This document shows, in pieces, positions 16,134 to 25,338 of a DNA stretch of 34,465 bases. The stretch is from the NCBI GenBank assembly GCA_020629005.1, contig JAHDEE010000024.1:11817-46281 (forward strand). The letters run 5' to 3'. The position numbers and the translations under genes were made by a program. Each line of letters opens with the position of its first letter. Position 1 is the first letter of the stretch. The notes below the pieces were generated by a model. That model worked only from the letters and a program-made list of their open reading frames with translations. It was not told the DNA's origin and made no database searches. The DNA is from Chitinophagales bacterium. GTDB lineage: Bacteria > Bacteroidota > Bacteroidia > Chitinophagales > UBA2359.

Positions 16134-18545
16134 TTAGAGTGTTAGTCGATATTGGATTGCGTAGCTTCGATGCGGCATGAGGTAACCGGCGATGGGCATG
16201 TACTCCGTATTTGTCAGATTGAAACCATGCAGAGAAATGGTGTGTGCACCGAACTCCGCGCTTAGAATCAAGTCAACAAAGTGATAGCCATTGGGGAGTT
16301 GCTGCTGGTATTCGTACACTCCGGGCACCAAGGGGCGACTCTGGCCTGCCAACAAATTGGCAAAGGCCTCGGATTGTTCAGGACTTGCCGAAAAACCACT
16401 TGCGTCGAGGTTTTCTTGAATCGGTTCGACTAGCATGAAGGGTTCGTAATACATGATCTTGTCGGCATTGGTGAGTGGGCTGAGAAAACGATAATTTGCC
16501 GTCGCGGTATAGCGTCCGCGTTGATAGGAGGTGGTTGCTCTGATCATGTGCTTGTTTCGATATTTTAGGGTAGTTGGTTGATCGGGGCCGAGCACAATGT
16601 GGTAATCAAAGAGGCTTTCGAAAGTTATTGTGTCGAGCTGTGCTTCGGTGATGTTATAGAGATCATCCTGTTCTGGTATGCCGTTGAGATCTTGTGGGTC
16701 TATGTAGGTGTAACCGCCCTGAATGTTTAGAGAGGAGTTGTCCCAGCTTCGTCTGGCACCCAGCATCAATTCGAGTCCGTTGACTCTTACATCGCTGATG
16801 TTTACTGCTCTGAATTGTGCACTCAGGTCGAAGAAGTCGAGCGAGTCGGGATCGCTGATTTGATAATCGACCATATCGTTAAATCGCATTTGGAATGCTG
16901 CGGCATCTATCAGTCCTTCCCATTCGCCTGCTTTCCACAATTGACGGACACCGAGCTCGCTGGTGTAGCCTTCTTCAACGCCCAATTCGGGATTTGGTGT
17001 TACAGTAAGTGCTCCAATGGTGACGGTCACATAACGTTCAGCCGGTGCGGGAGTGCGAATTCCCTGGCCAATTGAGGCCCTGAGGAAAGTGGCTTCGCCG
17101 ACACGGTAGTTGGCCCCTGCACGGAAGAGTGGTTTGTTGACTAGATTTTCACCCTCAATGGTGGCGTAGAGATAGCGAAAGCCCCCGCTCAGATTGAGCC
17201 TTCCTATTCGCCAGTCGGCCTGGGAGAAGGCGGCGAAGTTGGAGGAAGTGTTTTTGCCAAACAGATCAGAGTCGACCGTGGTGTAGGTGTGGTTGAGTCC
17301 TGAGACTATAGTGAGGTCTTCGTGGAATTGATGTTGGTATTGGTATTCGTTGAAGTACAATCGGGAATCTGAAAAGCCTCCGGAGGTGGTTCGATCACTA
17401 ATGTAGGTCCTTCCGAGATAGAGGTGTTTGTTGCCCAGTTTATTGATGTAGGAGATGCGTGGATCAATGACAATTTTGGTGAATTCTTGTTCGGTGAGGC
17501 CGATTTCCCCTTGGTACATTGCAGAGTCTGGATAAGATGCCCATGTGATGAACAGCGCTTGCTTTTCTTTGCTTCCTCCGACACTGGCGCCAAATCTCAG
17601 GCCTGGGATCTTCTCTGGGAAATAATGCAATGATGTCCTTGCTCTTGCAGTGCGGGTAAACTCCTCTTGCCGATGTCCATCGTCATTGATGCCATCGACC
17701 TGCAAGCTAAAGTCGAGATTATTACCGATTCTTCGTGAATGGAAAAAATGCGCTGAGTTGGAAAAGCCTTGCTCTATGCCATCCCAAAGAATGTCTTTGT
17801 TCTTAGGTCTATCGAATACTTCCTGACGCAAGCGAACGGTCGTTTTTGGCTTTGCAGTCGGGCGTTCTGTGAAAACGCTTACCACTCCTCCAAGTGCGCC
17901 AGAACCGTACAATACTGAAGAGGCCCCCTTGATGACCTCCATTTTCTTGATATTGTCTGTTGGCAGGAACTCAAAGTCAATACTTGCCTGATCTGCAGTC
18001 ATCATTGGCAGACCGTCTAACAATAAACTCACTCTTGAACCCACTCCAAAGGTGTAACCGTTGCTACCTCTTATAGTAAGCTGGTTTTGATAGGCTACTA
18101 CGCCAGGGGTTTGGTCCAGTACTTTTTTTAGGCTGCTTGAAGCCTGCTGGGCAATGGCGTCGGGACTTATCGGCACGATCGATACGGTTACCTCTTCTGC
18201 CTGCTGTTCAAATTTTGAGACAGAGATGACTACTTCTCCGATATCTTTCACCTCAGGTTCGAGAAATATGATGAGCTCTGGTTCTGTAGCGGATACAGTA
18301 ATTGATTGTTCCTGGTATCCAATATAAGTCACTATCAGTGTTGCTCCTTGAGTCGCTTCGAGACGAAAATTGCCATCATTATCGGTAACTGTTCCGCCAT
18401 CAACCAGCTGTATACTGGCACCCGGAAGGGCAAAACGGTCAAGTGCATCAAGGACCTTTCCTTCGATTTTTATCGATTGTGCATTTGTTTGAACGGCACT
18501 AAAGGTAAGGAGCAGAAAGAAGTACAAAACTCGGGCAGGACTCAT
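16134..18545 (-). CDS. TonB-dependent outer-membrane receptor with N-terminal carboxypeptidase-regulatory-like (CarbopepD_reg) domain
   Basis: Signal peptide MSPARVLYFFLLLTFSAVQTNAQ. IEGKVLDALDRFALPGASIQL...TDNDGNFRL is a CarbopepD_reg motif. Followed by a plug region and a roughly 600-aa beta-barrel with TBDR-like Gly/aromatic periodicity. Confidence 0.8.
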   Translation of the reverse strand: MSPARVLYFFLLLTFSAVQTNAQSIKIEGKVLDALDRFALPGASIQLVDGGTVTDNDGNFRLEATQGATLIVTYIGYQEQSITVSATEPELIIFLEPEVKDIGEVVISVSKFEQQAEEVTVSIVPISPDAIAQQASSSLKKVLDQTPGVVAYQNQLTIRGSNGYTFGVGSRVSLLLDGLPMMTADQASIDFEFLPTDNIKKMEVIKGASSVLYGSGALGGVVSVFTERPTAKPKTTVRLRQEVFDRPKNKDILWDGIEQGFSNSAHFFHSRRIGNNLDFSLQVDGINDDGHRQEEFTRTARARTSLHYFPEKIPGLRFGASVGGSKEKQALFITWASYPDSAMYQGEIGLTEQEFTKIVIDPRISYINKLGNKHLYLGRTYISDRTTSGGFSDSRLYFNEYQYQHQFHEDLTIVSGLNHTYTTVDSDLFGKNTSSNFAAFSQADWRIGRLNLSGGFRYLYATIEGENLVNKPLFRAGANYRVGEATFLRASIGQGIRTPAPAERYVTVTIGALTVTPNPELGVEEGYTSELGVRQLWKAGEWEGLIDAAAFQMRFNDMVDYQISDPDSLDFFDLSAQFRAVNISDVRVNGLELMLGARRSWDNSSLNIQGGYTYIDPQDLNGIPEQDDLYNITEAQLDTITFESLFDYHIVLGPDQPTTLKYRNKHMIRATTSYQRGRYTATANYRFLSPLTNADKIMYYEPFMLVEPIQENLDASGFSASPEQSEAFANLLAGQSRPLVPGVYEYQQQLPNGYHFVDLILSAEFGAHTISLHGFNLTNTEYMPIAGYLMPHRSYAIQYRLTL

Positions 18546-18693
18546 ATTTATGGTTATTTGAGACATTAAGATACGATTTAGCAACTAATAAAATAGTCAG
18601 CTAAGTAGCTGCCACGGGCAATTGGCCGGATTGTTGTACGTTTGTTTGCCCATCCTCTCGCACATTCTATCTCCTTGCTAAATTGATTTACCT

Positions 18694-21600
18694 ATGAATT
18701 GGGCTTTCTTAAAAGCTTGTGCCACGACCTTGTGTTTGATGTGGATGTTGCCATCAATTTGTTTGGGCAATTGTCCCGTTTTTCAAGGCGCTTTGGCCTT
18801 TAAACCATATCTCTGCGAAGGCGAGAACACGGATATGGTTGTTGATGTAGTTAATCAGGAATTGGGTTTTGTAGAGTGGTCGCTGCCTAATGGTGAAACA
18901 CAGCCGGGTTTCACGATCTCCGTGTTTCCGGATACTAATGATCCATGTAGTGATATTCTTGTGTACGGTTATAACTTATACTGTCTGGCAGATGGCAGCC
19001 TGATTGCAAATGGTGAAGTAGAGGTACAAGTGTATATGCCAATCGAGATCAATGCCATCACTGAAGAGATTTGCAATGTGGCAATTGATAATCCTTGTAA
19101 TTATGATGTTTCCTATGTTCTAAACACGGATGGTCCTAGCCCGCAGAGTGGGAATATTGCTTCTGTAGGAGTGACTAGTGGTGAAAGTGGCACAGTGGCC
19201 TTTACATTGGAGGATCCAGACGAGAACAGACCAGATGACTGCGATATCACGGCAGCTGTATATCTCCTGGATTGCCCGGTAGCTCCTTGTCCAACTGTAC
19301 TGGAGCCACCAGTAGTACAGGTAGTCTGTGAAGGAGATGTGGCCATAGAGCCTGAGTTTGAGCTGGCAAATGACAATGGGCAACCTGTGTATTGGTATCG
19401 GGACATTACCGATATCAATAACCCACAAGGTCTCGTTGATTGGAATCAACCGATTGCTTATCCTGCGACAGGAGATGGGTGTGAGCCAGTGGATTTGCCT
19501 TACTTTGCAGTGATAGAATGTGACGATGATGGCGATGGCAATCTGGCCTGGCTGGATCTGAGCTTCATACATACAGTTCGGGTGTTTCCACCTATTGATA
19601 TTTTAATGACAGAGGAAGAGTGTACTGTGAGCCTGGCCTATATGTGCAGCAACTATGACATCTATTTTGAGGCTATATCGACCGGCATTAGCAATGAAAT
19701 GAGTGGACCATTTGGCAGTTTCGATGTGGATCCTGGCGAAGTGGGGAGTGCTATCTTTTATATTTCGGATGCGATTCCAAATAGGCCTGATGCCTGTAAT
19801 TTCCTGGAGCTGACCGGCAGTTTTGATTGTCCTTTAGCTCCCTGCCCAAGCAGTGCGGATCCATCTGAAACCTATTATCTCTGTGATGGGGAAACTTTGC
19901 TGCTTGCTGAACCAAATTTGCAAAACGACAATGGCGAATCAATCAGGTGGTTTAGGAATGTTGTAGATTTTAATAACCCGCAGACAGAGTTTATTAGTGG
20001 CAGTGCTTACGCAGCTGCAGAAAGTTGGGACCCGTGCCAGCCACATGCTGAGACTCTTCATGCTTACATTAGTTGTGATACCAATGGCATGGGAGGATTT
20101 GAACTGGTCAGTTTGAATTATACTGCCTTTGTAGAGCTTTATGCTGAGATTGCTGCAACTGTGGAATCTGGTGAGTGCTACGCAGAGATTCTTACAGATT
20201 GTGATTATGAGATCAGCTATACGATTCAAGGAGGCTCACTTGACGGTGAATCCGGAAGCGGATCGATTGCGACGATCGCTGCGGCGGACAACGCGACCGT
20301 AGCGTTTACAATTGATAGCAATCTTCCCAATCATCCTGCAGAATGTGGAACACTGTCCCTTTCTACAGCTGCCAGCTGTGCTCCAACGCCTTGCCCAAGC
20401 AGTCCAAGCGAGTCCACCGAGAGCTTTGTATGCAACGGAGATGTTTTGCAGCTACCTGAAGCCGTACTGATAAATGACAATGGTTTGCCAGTGGAATGGT
20501 ATGCAGACAGCACTGGCCCATCTGAACCGTACGAGGACGGCTCTGTTCTGGATTATCCTGCTTCTGGAGATGGGTGTAATGCGGCAGCCTTGGTACTGCA
20601 TGCCTTTATCTCTTGCGATGAAAATGGAGACCCGACTGACGGGCTTGATTGGATCGATTTAGGCCTAAGTTATACCATCAACATATTTCCAGCAATCGAC
20701 GCAATACTGAATGAGACGGATTGCACTGCCAGTGTTACTTCGAGCTGCGATTATAGCATTAGCTACAGCGTTGCTAGTGATGGAGGAAACAATTTAAATA
20801 GCGGAACGGGTGACAATTACAGTTTTGCACAAGCAGAAACAGGAACAGTGTCTTTCATGATCAATGCCATTGATCCGAACCATCCTGCTGCCTGCAATGA
20901 AACGGTTTTGATGTCAAATTTGTCCTGTCCTGCCTGCACGCCAGCAGCAGATCCTGAGGGAGAAAGTATTGAGATTTGCGAAGGGACAGAATTGCAGACA
21001 TTAAACATTGTAGATACTGGCGACACTTATCTCTGGTCTTCCAGCAGCGCATTTGAAGATACCCTGGCGATGGGAACAAGCTACCTTCCAACTGCCTTGG
21101 GATCCTATTTTGTTAAATCATATGCCGCATCAGATGACTGCGAGTCGATAGGTTATCTCGAAATTGGCATTAGTTCCGTTACTGCGGCCAGCAGTGAATT
21201 TAGCTATGAAAGCAACTCCTTCTGCGTTTCTTCAAGTGTTATCACACCGGATATCACGGGCGTAGGCGGCGGAGAATTTAGTATTGACAATGGTGCAGTA
21301 ATAGACCCAGCTACCGGTTCGATTCAATTGCAGAGCACTGTGGGATTCACGGATTATACGGTACAATATATCAGTCCTGGAGACTGCAACAGTAGCACGA
21401 GCTTTAGCTTTACTGCCTATTCAGATCCGGAAATAGAAATCCTTGCACCTGAAAGTGTTTGTCCCGGAGAAACCTTCATCGTAGAAGCGCTGTATGACGG
21501 CAATAGTCCTACAGCTTCATGGGATCCCGGATCTGCTACACTTGTTTCTGGAGATTTGGAATCAATCTCCGCTCTCGAACTGCGTTTTGACCAGGTAGGT

Positions 21601-22212
21601 AGCGAAGTGATTTCGTTGAGAGTAGAAGAAGGCGGATGCGAAGCTACCATGCAGGTTCCCGTACAAGTCCTTGATCTGGAAGTTCAGGCCTCAGGAGGAG
21701 GAGCATTAATGCTTGGTCAATCCACAGAACTTGATGCGAGAGTCATCGACGTCGATGCAACAGAAACGAACTTTAGTTGGGCTCCAATTGAGGGTCTCAG
21801 TTGCTTTGATTGTCCAAACCCAATTGCGGAGCCAAGTCAAACGACCTTGTATACAGTCGTAGTTACATCCCTGGCAGGCTGCACAACGACTGCAAGTGTA
21901 TCAGTAGTCGTTAACGAGGAGCGTGGTATCATCACTGCAAATGCATTTACACCAAATGAAGATGGGATCAATGACGTCTTTGTTCCTTCTGGAAATGGCG
22001 TCGAGCAAATTCTATCATTTGAAGTGTATGATCGTTGGGGCAAAAGAATGTATCAGGCATCCAATTTCAGCCCCGGAGATGGAGCCTCAGCCTGGGATGG
22101 AAAGGCCGCTGGTGAGCAATTACCTATGGGCACTTATGTATATGCAGGCCAGGCTCGTTACTTTGATGGAAGCATTGAAGAATATTCCGGTCATGTGACC
22201 ATTATTCGCTAG
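18694..22212 (+). CDS. Large secreted T9SS cargo protein with gliding-motility-associated C-terminal (type-B CTD) domain and four internal roughly 180-aa repeats
   Basis: Signal peptide. C-terminal ...ITANAFTPNEDGINDVFVPSG...YDRWGKRMYQ... is the TIGR04131 gliding-motility CTD signature (FTPNGDGINDxF). The four repeats each carry a C-P-x-A-P-C-P (or CPACTP) motif followed by NDNG and W(Y/F) at nt about 19271, 19825, 20377 and 20921. Confidence 0.85.
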   Translation: MNWAFLKACATTLCLMWMLPSICLGNCPVFQGALAFKPYLCEGENTDMVVDVVNQELGFVEWSLPNGETQPGFTISVFPDTNDPCSDILVYGYNLYCLADGSLIANGEVEVQVYMPIEINAITEEICNVAIDNPCNYDVSYVLNTDGPSPQSGNIASVGVTSGESGTVAFTLEDPDENRPDDCDITAAVYLLDCPVAPCPTVLEPPVVQVVCEGDVAIEPEFELANDNGQPVYWYRDITDINNPQGLVDWNQPIAYPATGDGCEPVDLPYFAVIECDDDGDGNLAWLDLSFIHTVRVFPPIDILMTEEECTVSLAYMCSNYDIYFEAISTGISNEMSGPFGSFDVDPGEVGSAIFYISDAIPNRPDACNFLELTGSFDCPLAPCPSSADPSETYYLCDGETLLLAEPNLQNDNGESIRWFRNVVDFNNPQTEFISGSAYAAAESWDPCQPHAETLHAYISCDTNGMGGFELVSLNYTAFVELYAEIAATVESGECYAEILTDCDYEISYTIQGGSLDGESGSGSIATIAAADNATVAFTIDSNLPNHPAECGTLSLSTAASCAPTPCPSSPSESTESFVCNGDVLQLPEAVLINDNGLPVEWYADSTGPSEPYEDGSVLDYPASGDGCNAAALVLHAFISCDENGDPTDGLDWIDLGLSYTINIFPAIDAILNETDCTASVTSSCDYSISYSVASDGGNNLNSGTGDNYSFAQAETGTVSFMINAIDPNHPAACNETVLMSNLSCPACTPAADPEGESIEICEGTELQTLNIVDTGDTYLWSSSSAFEDTLAMGTSYLPTALGSYFVKSYAASDDCESIGYLEIGISSVTAASSEFSYESNSFCVSSSVITPDITGVGGGEFSIDNGAVIDPATGSIQLQSTVGFTDYTVQYISPGDCNSSTSFSFTAYSDPEIEILAPESVCPGETFIVEALYDGNSPTASWDPGSATLVSGDLESISALELRFDQVGSEVISLRVEEGGCEATMQVPVQVLDLEVQASGGGALMLGQSTELDARVIDVDATETNFSWAPIEGLSCFDCPNPIAEPSQTTLYTVVVTSLAGCTTTASVSVVVNEERGIITANAFTPNEDGINDVFVPSGNGVEQILSFEVYDRWGKRMYQASNFSPGDGASAWDGKAAGEQLPMGTYVYAGQARYFDGSIEEYSGHVTIIR

Positions 22213-22258
22213 GCAAGCTCATTTAGAACCTATAAAAAATTAATGGAATTCATATCAA

Positions 22259-22385
22259 GCTAGTGCTACGCAAACGAAATTCGCACCACCTTTAAGGGCT
22301 GCTATTTCTGTCATACTTCGTTGCTCGTCTGACAAAAAGATAAGCTCCTAAAAGGTGTCACGAGCTTTGTTTACGCAGCACTAGT
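22259..22385. repeat. Roughly 127-bp palindromic (hairpin) MITE/REP-like element; a second copy begins at 34412
   Basis: The left arm GCTAGTGCTACGCAAACGAAATTCGCACCACCTTTAAGGGCTGC is the imperfect reverse complement of the right arm ...AGCTCCTAAAAGGTGTCACGAGCTTTGTTTACGCAGCACTAGT. Nearly identical sequence recurs at 34412-34465. Confidence 0.65.
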
Positions 22386-22505
22386 AAGTAGCTATATTCG
22401 TATATTGGAGCAGTGTCGGCGATTGTCTATTACATTACAATCTTTGCCATGTGGGAACTTAAACGCTGTCAATTGAGGTTGACATAATCCAAACTGCGAA
22501 AAAAT

Positions 22506-23186
22506 ATGGTTGCACTACCATTGTTCTTTAGAGAGTTAATTGAGGTGTCTTTATATGGAATTAACCTACCATACACGATACTACTAATACTATGCATTTT
22601 CTATTGGATTTTTGTCATTCTTGGTGCAGTAGAGCTGGACGGATTTGACTTTGATTTCGATTTAGACGGCGACATAGATGTAGATCTTGACATGGAAGTT
22701 GGGGACTCTTCACCTGCCTACCTGATCGGGCTTTTCCGATTCCTAAATCTGAATGGAGTACCCTTCATGGTGTTCTTTTCTTTTTTCGCTTTGAGTTTGT
22801 GGATCATCAGCATACTGGGTAATTACTACCTTGGCGGACATGCTGCACTATTCGCACTGCTGCTGATCATTCCAAATTTGTTTTTAAGTGCTTTAGCAGG
22901 CAAAGTGCTTTCCCGACCCTTTGTGCCCCTATTCAAAAACCTTGACGATGTAGCCAAGCCATTAGAGCTTGCAGGAGATACTTGCGAAGTAGTTTTCAGC
23001 TTTGAAAAGAATGAAGTGAGCCAAGGTCGCATTCTAAAAGATGACGACACCCTCCTGGTCAGCATCATGATTGACGAGATGGCTCCATTCACATCCCTAA
23101 ATAAAGGAGATAAAGTAACCATTTACAATAAAGTGAAACAGGGTGACAGCATTGTCTATACTGTCTCACAGCTACCAAAAATTTAA
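22506..23186 (+). CDS. NfeD/YqiJ-like membrane protein (partner of flotillin) with C-terminal OB-fold-like domain
   Basis: Several TM helices. Acidic loop DGFDFDFDLDGDIDVDLDMEVGD. C-terminal beta-rich region (GDTCEVVFSFEKNEVSQGRILKDDDTLLVS...GDKVTIYNKVKQGDSIVYTV) typical of NfeD. Stop lies 10 nt before the flotillin start. Confidence 0.6.
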   Translation: MVALPLFFRELIEVSLYGINLPYTILLILCIFYWIFVILGAVELDGFDFDFDLDGDIDVDLDMEVGDSSPAYLIGLFRFLNLNGVPFMVFFSFFALSLWIISILGNYYLGGHAALFALLLIIPNLFLSALAGKVLSRPFVPLFKNLDDVAKPLELAGDTCEVVFSFEKNEVSQGRILKDDDTLLVSIMIDEMAPFTSLNKGDKVTIYNKVKQGDSIVYTVSQLPKI

Positions 23187-23196
23187 ACCCCAATAA

Positions 23197-25269
23197 ATGA
23201 TACCACAAATCGCAATTTCTATCCTGGTGATAGCTGTCATAATCACCCTCGGTGTAGTCTTCCTAATTTCAAAATTGTACCAAAAGGTTTCTCAGGGCCA
23301 GGCATTGGTAAAAACCGGGATGGGTGGAGTCAAAGTCAGCTTCAATGGCATGACTGTAATTCCGGTTTTTCAAAAATCGGAAGTCATGGACATCTCCGTA
23401 AAGGCGATGGAGATTACAAGAATGGGCAAAGATGGGCTTATCTGTCAGGACAATCTAAGAGCTGACATCAAGGTGGTTTTCTTTGTGAGAGTGAACAAGA
23501 GTCAAGAGGATGTTATTAATGTAGCTCAGACGATCGGCTGCCAAAGAGCTTCCGATATCAATACCTTAAACAATCTCTTTGAGGCAAAATTTTCTGAAGC
23601 CTTGAAGACAGTAGGAAAGACCTTCAATTTTGTCGATCTATATGAACAAAGAGAAGAGTTTCGGAAGAAAATTTTCCAAATGTCAGCACAGGACCTGAAT
23701 GGATATACTCTGGATAACTGCTCAATAGATTACCTGGAACAAACTCCTGTTGAGTTTTTGAGACCGGACAATATCCTGGATTCACAGGGGATTCGCAAGA
23801 TCACTGAGCTCACGGCCGAGCAGAACATGGCCGCGAATTTTATTCGGAAAGAGGAGGAGAAAACGCTGAAGCGTCAAAACGTTGAAGCCAAAGAGGCCAT
23901 CCTGGAATTAGAGAGACAGCTGGCGGAGAAAGAGGAACGTCAGAAGCGGGAAATTGCCAATATTAAGGCAAGAGAAACCTCAGAAATCAAGAAAGTCAAC
24001 GAAGAAGAACGCCTAAAGGCAGAACAGGTCCGAATCTCGACAGACGAAGCCCTTGAAATTGCTGAAGAGAATCGCATGAGACAGGTGATAGTGGCCTTGA
24101 AGAGCAAAGAAAGAACAGAGGCAGTAGAGAACGAGCGAGTAGAGAAGGATATGCTGTTGGAGCGAACCGAAAAAGAGAAGATTGTAGCCCTTGCCGAAAT
24201 CGAGAAAGAAAAGGTAGTGGAAGTTGAGCGTAAGAACATTCAGGATGTAATTCGCGAAAGAGTGGCGGTGGAAAAGAAGGTGGTAGAAGAAAAAGAAAAG
24301 ACCAAGGATCTGGAAGCCATCATGACGGCAAACCGGGTCAAGGAAGTGGCGATCACTAAAGCGAAAGAAACAGGTGAGAGCACCGTGATCTTGGAAACGA
24401 AAAAAGCGGAGGCTGCAAAACTAGCCGCTGAAATTGAAGCGGAAAAACTCATTATCGACGCCGAAGCAAGCAAAAATGCCGCGATGCGGGATGCAGAAGC
24501 ACGCAAAATAAACGCTGAGGCAAAAGCCGAGGAAGAAGCTACCCTTGGACTCTCTGAAGCTAAAGTAATCGAAGCTAAAGCTGAGGCAATGGAAAAAGAG
24601 GGTAAGATTGAAGCTGCTCTTATTGAAATGAAAATGAAAGCAGAGGCAGAAGGAATCAAATCCAGATCTTCTGCAATGCTCGATGAAGGAAAGGTAGAAG
24701 CTGAAGTGATGGAAATGAAAGCACTTGCAGATGCAAAAGGAGTGGCAGAAAAGGCCCTGGCCATGCAGAAGCTAAATGAAGCTGGGAAAGAACACGAAGA
24801 ATTCAAACTCAGATTGGAGAAAGAAAAGGAAATTGAACTTGCCCGAATCAACATTGAACAGAGCATCGCTGAAGCTAAAGCTAATGTGCTTGCAGAGGCA
24901 CTTAAGAATTCAAATATCGATATTGTGGGCGGAGAAGGAGAGTTCTTTGAAAAGATATCCAATGCAGTAACCAGAGGTAAGTCATTCGATAAGCTCGTAG
25001 GTTCCAGCGAAAACCTCAGCGCATTTAGAGATGCGATACTTCAGTCGACAGCAAATGGAGACAGCCATGATAACCTGTTCTACAAAATCAGAGCGCTGAT
25101 AGCGAGTACAGGAATTGACTCTGAAATGATCAAAAACATGTCTATAGCGGCTACCTTGCTACAGCTGCAAAGCCATGTGGGAGACGAAGATAAAAGCATG
25201 GTAGCCAGGCTTTTAGACTCAGTAAAGCAACTAGGAATTGCAGATAGGAGCACAAGCTCTATCTTGTAA
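23197..25269 (+). CDS. Flotillin-family SPFH/band-7 protein (YqiK/FloT-like) with extended E/A/K-rich coiled coil
   Basis: N-terminal TM, then the SPFH core (QGQALVKTGMGGVKVSF...VIPVFQKSEVMDISVKAMEI...CQDNLRADIKVVFFVRVN). A roughly 350-aa low-complexity EA-rich helical region follows. Stands in the typical nfeD-flotillin operon arrangement. Confidence 0.8.
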   Translation: MIPQIAISILVIAVIITLGVVFLISKLYQKVSQGQALVKTGMGGVKVSFNGMTVIPVFQKSEVMDISVKAMEITRMGKDGLICQDNLRADIKVVFFVRVNKSQEDVINVAQTIGCQRASDINTLNNLFEAKFSEALKTVGKTFNFVDLYEQREEFRKKIFQMSAQDLNGYTLDNCSIDYLEQTPVEFLRPDNILDSQGIRKITELTAEQNMAANFIRKEEEKTLKRQNVEAKEAILELERQLAEKEERQKREIANIKARETSEIKKVNEEERLKAEQVRISTDEALEIAEENRMRQVIVALKSKERTEAVENERVEKDMLLERTEKEKIVALAEIEKEKVVEVERKNIQDVIRERVAVEKKVVEEKEKTKDLEAIMTANRVKEVAITKAKETGESTVILETKKAEAAKLAAEIEAEKLIIDAEASKNAAMRDAEARKINAEAKAEEEATLGLSEAKVIEAKAEAMEKEGKIEAALIEMKMKAEAEGIKSRSSAMLDEGKVEAEVMEMKALADAKGVAEKALAMQKLNEAGKEHEEFKLRLEKEKEIELARINIEQSIAEAKANVLAEALKNSNIDIVGGEGEFFEKISNAVTRGKSFDKLVGSSENLSAFRDAILQSTANGDSHDNLFYKIRALIASTGIDSEMIKNMSIAATLLQLQSHVGDEDKSMVARLLDSVKQLGIADRSTSSIL

Positions 25270-25338
25270 TCCATAGACTGGGCATCTGTAATTCGCAGGT
25301 GCCCCGCTTCTATTGCTTCATCTATAAGAATCCAACCA

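Noticed and set aside
19113-19572. 101- and 150-aa minus-strand ORFs
   Set aside because: They lie inside the T9SS cargo gene, whose + frame is continuous for 1172 aa with a signal peptide and CTD.
24240-24962. 240-aa minus-strand ORF, S/A/F-rich
   Set aside because: It is antisense to the E/A/K coiled-coil region of the flotillin gene. Its low-complexity composition is the mirror image of GAA/GCA/AAG codons, and the flotillin frame carries the SPFH motifs.
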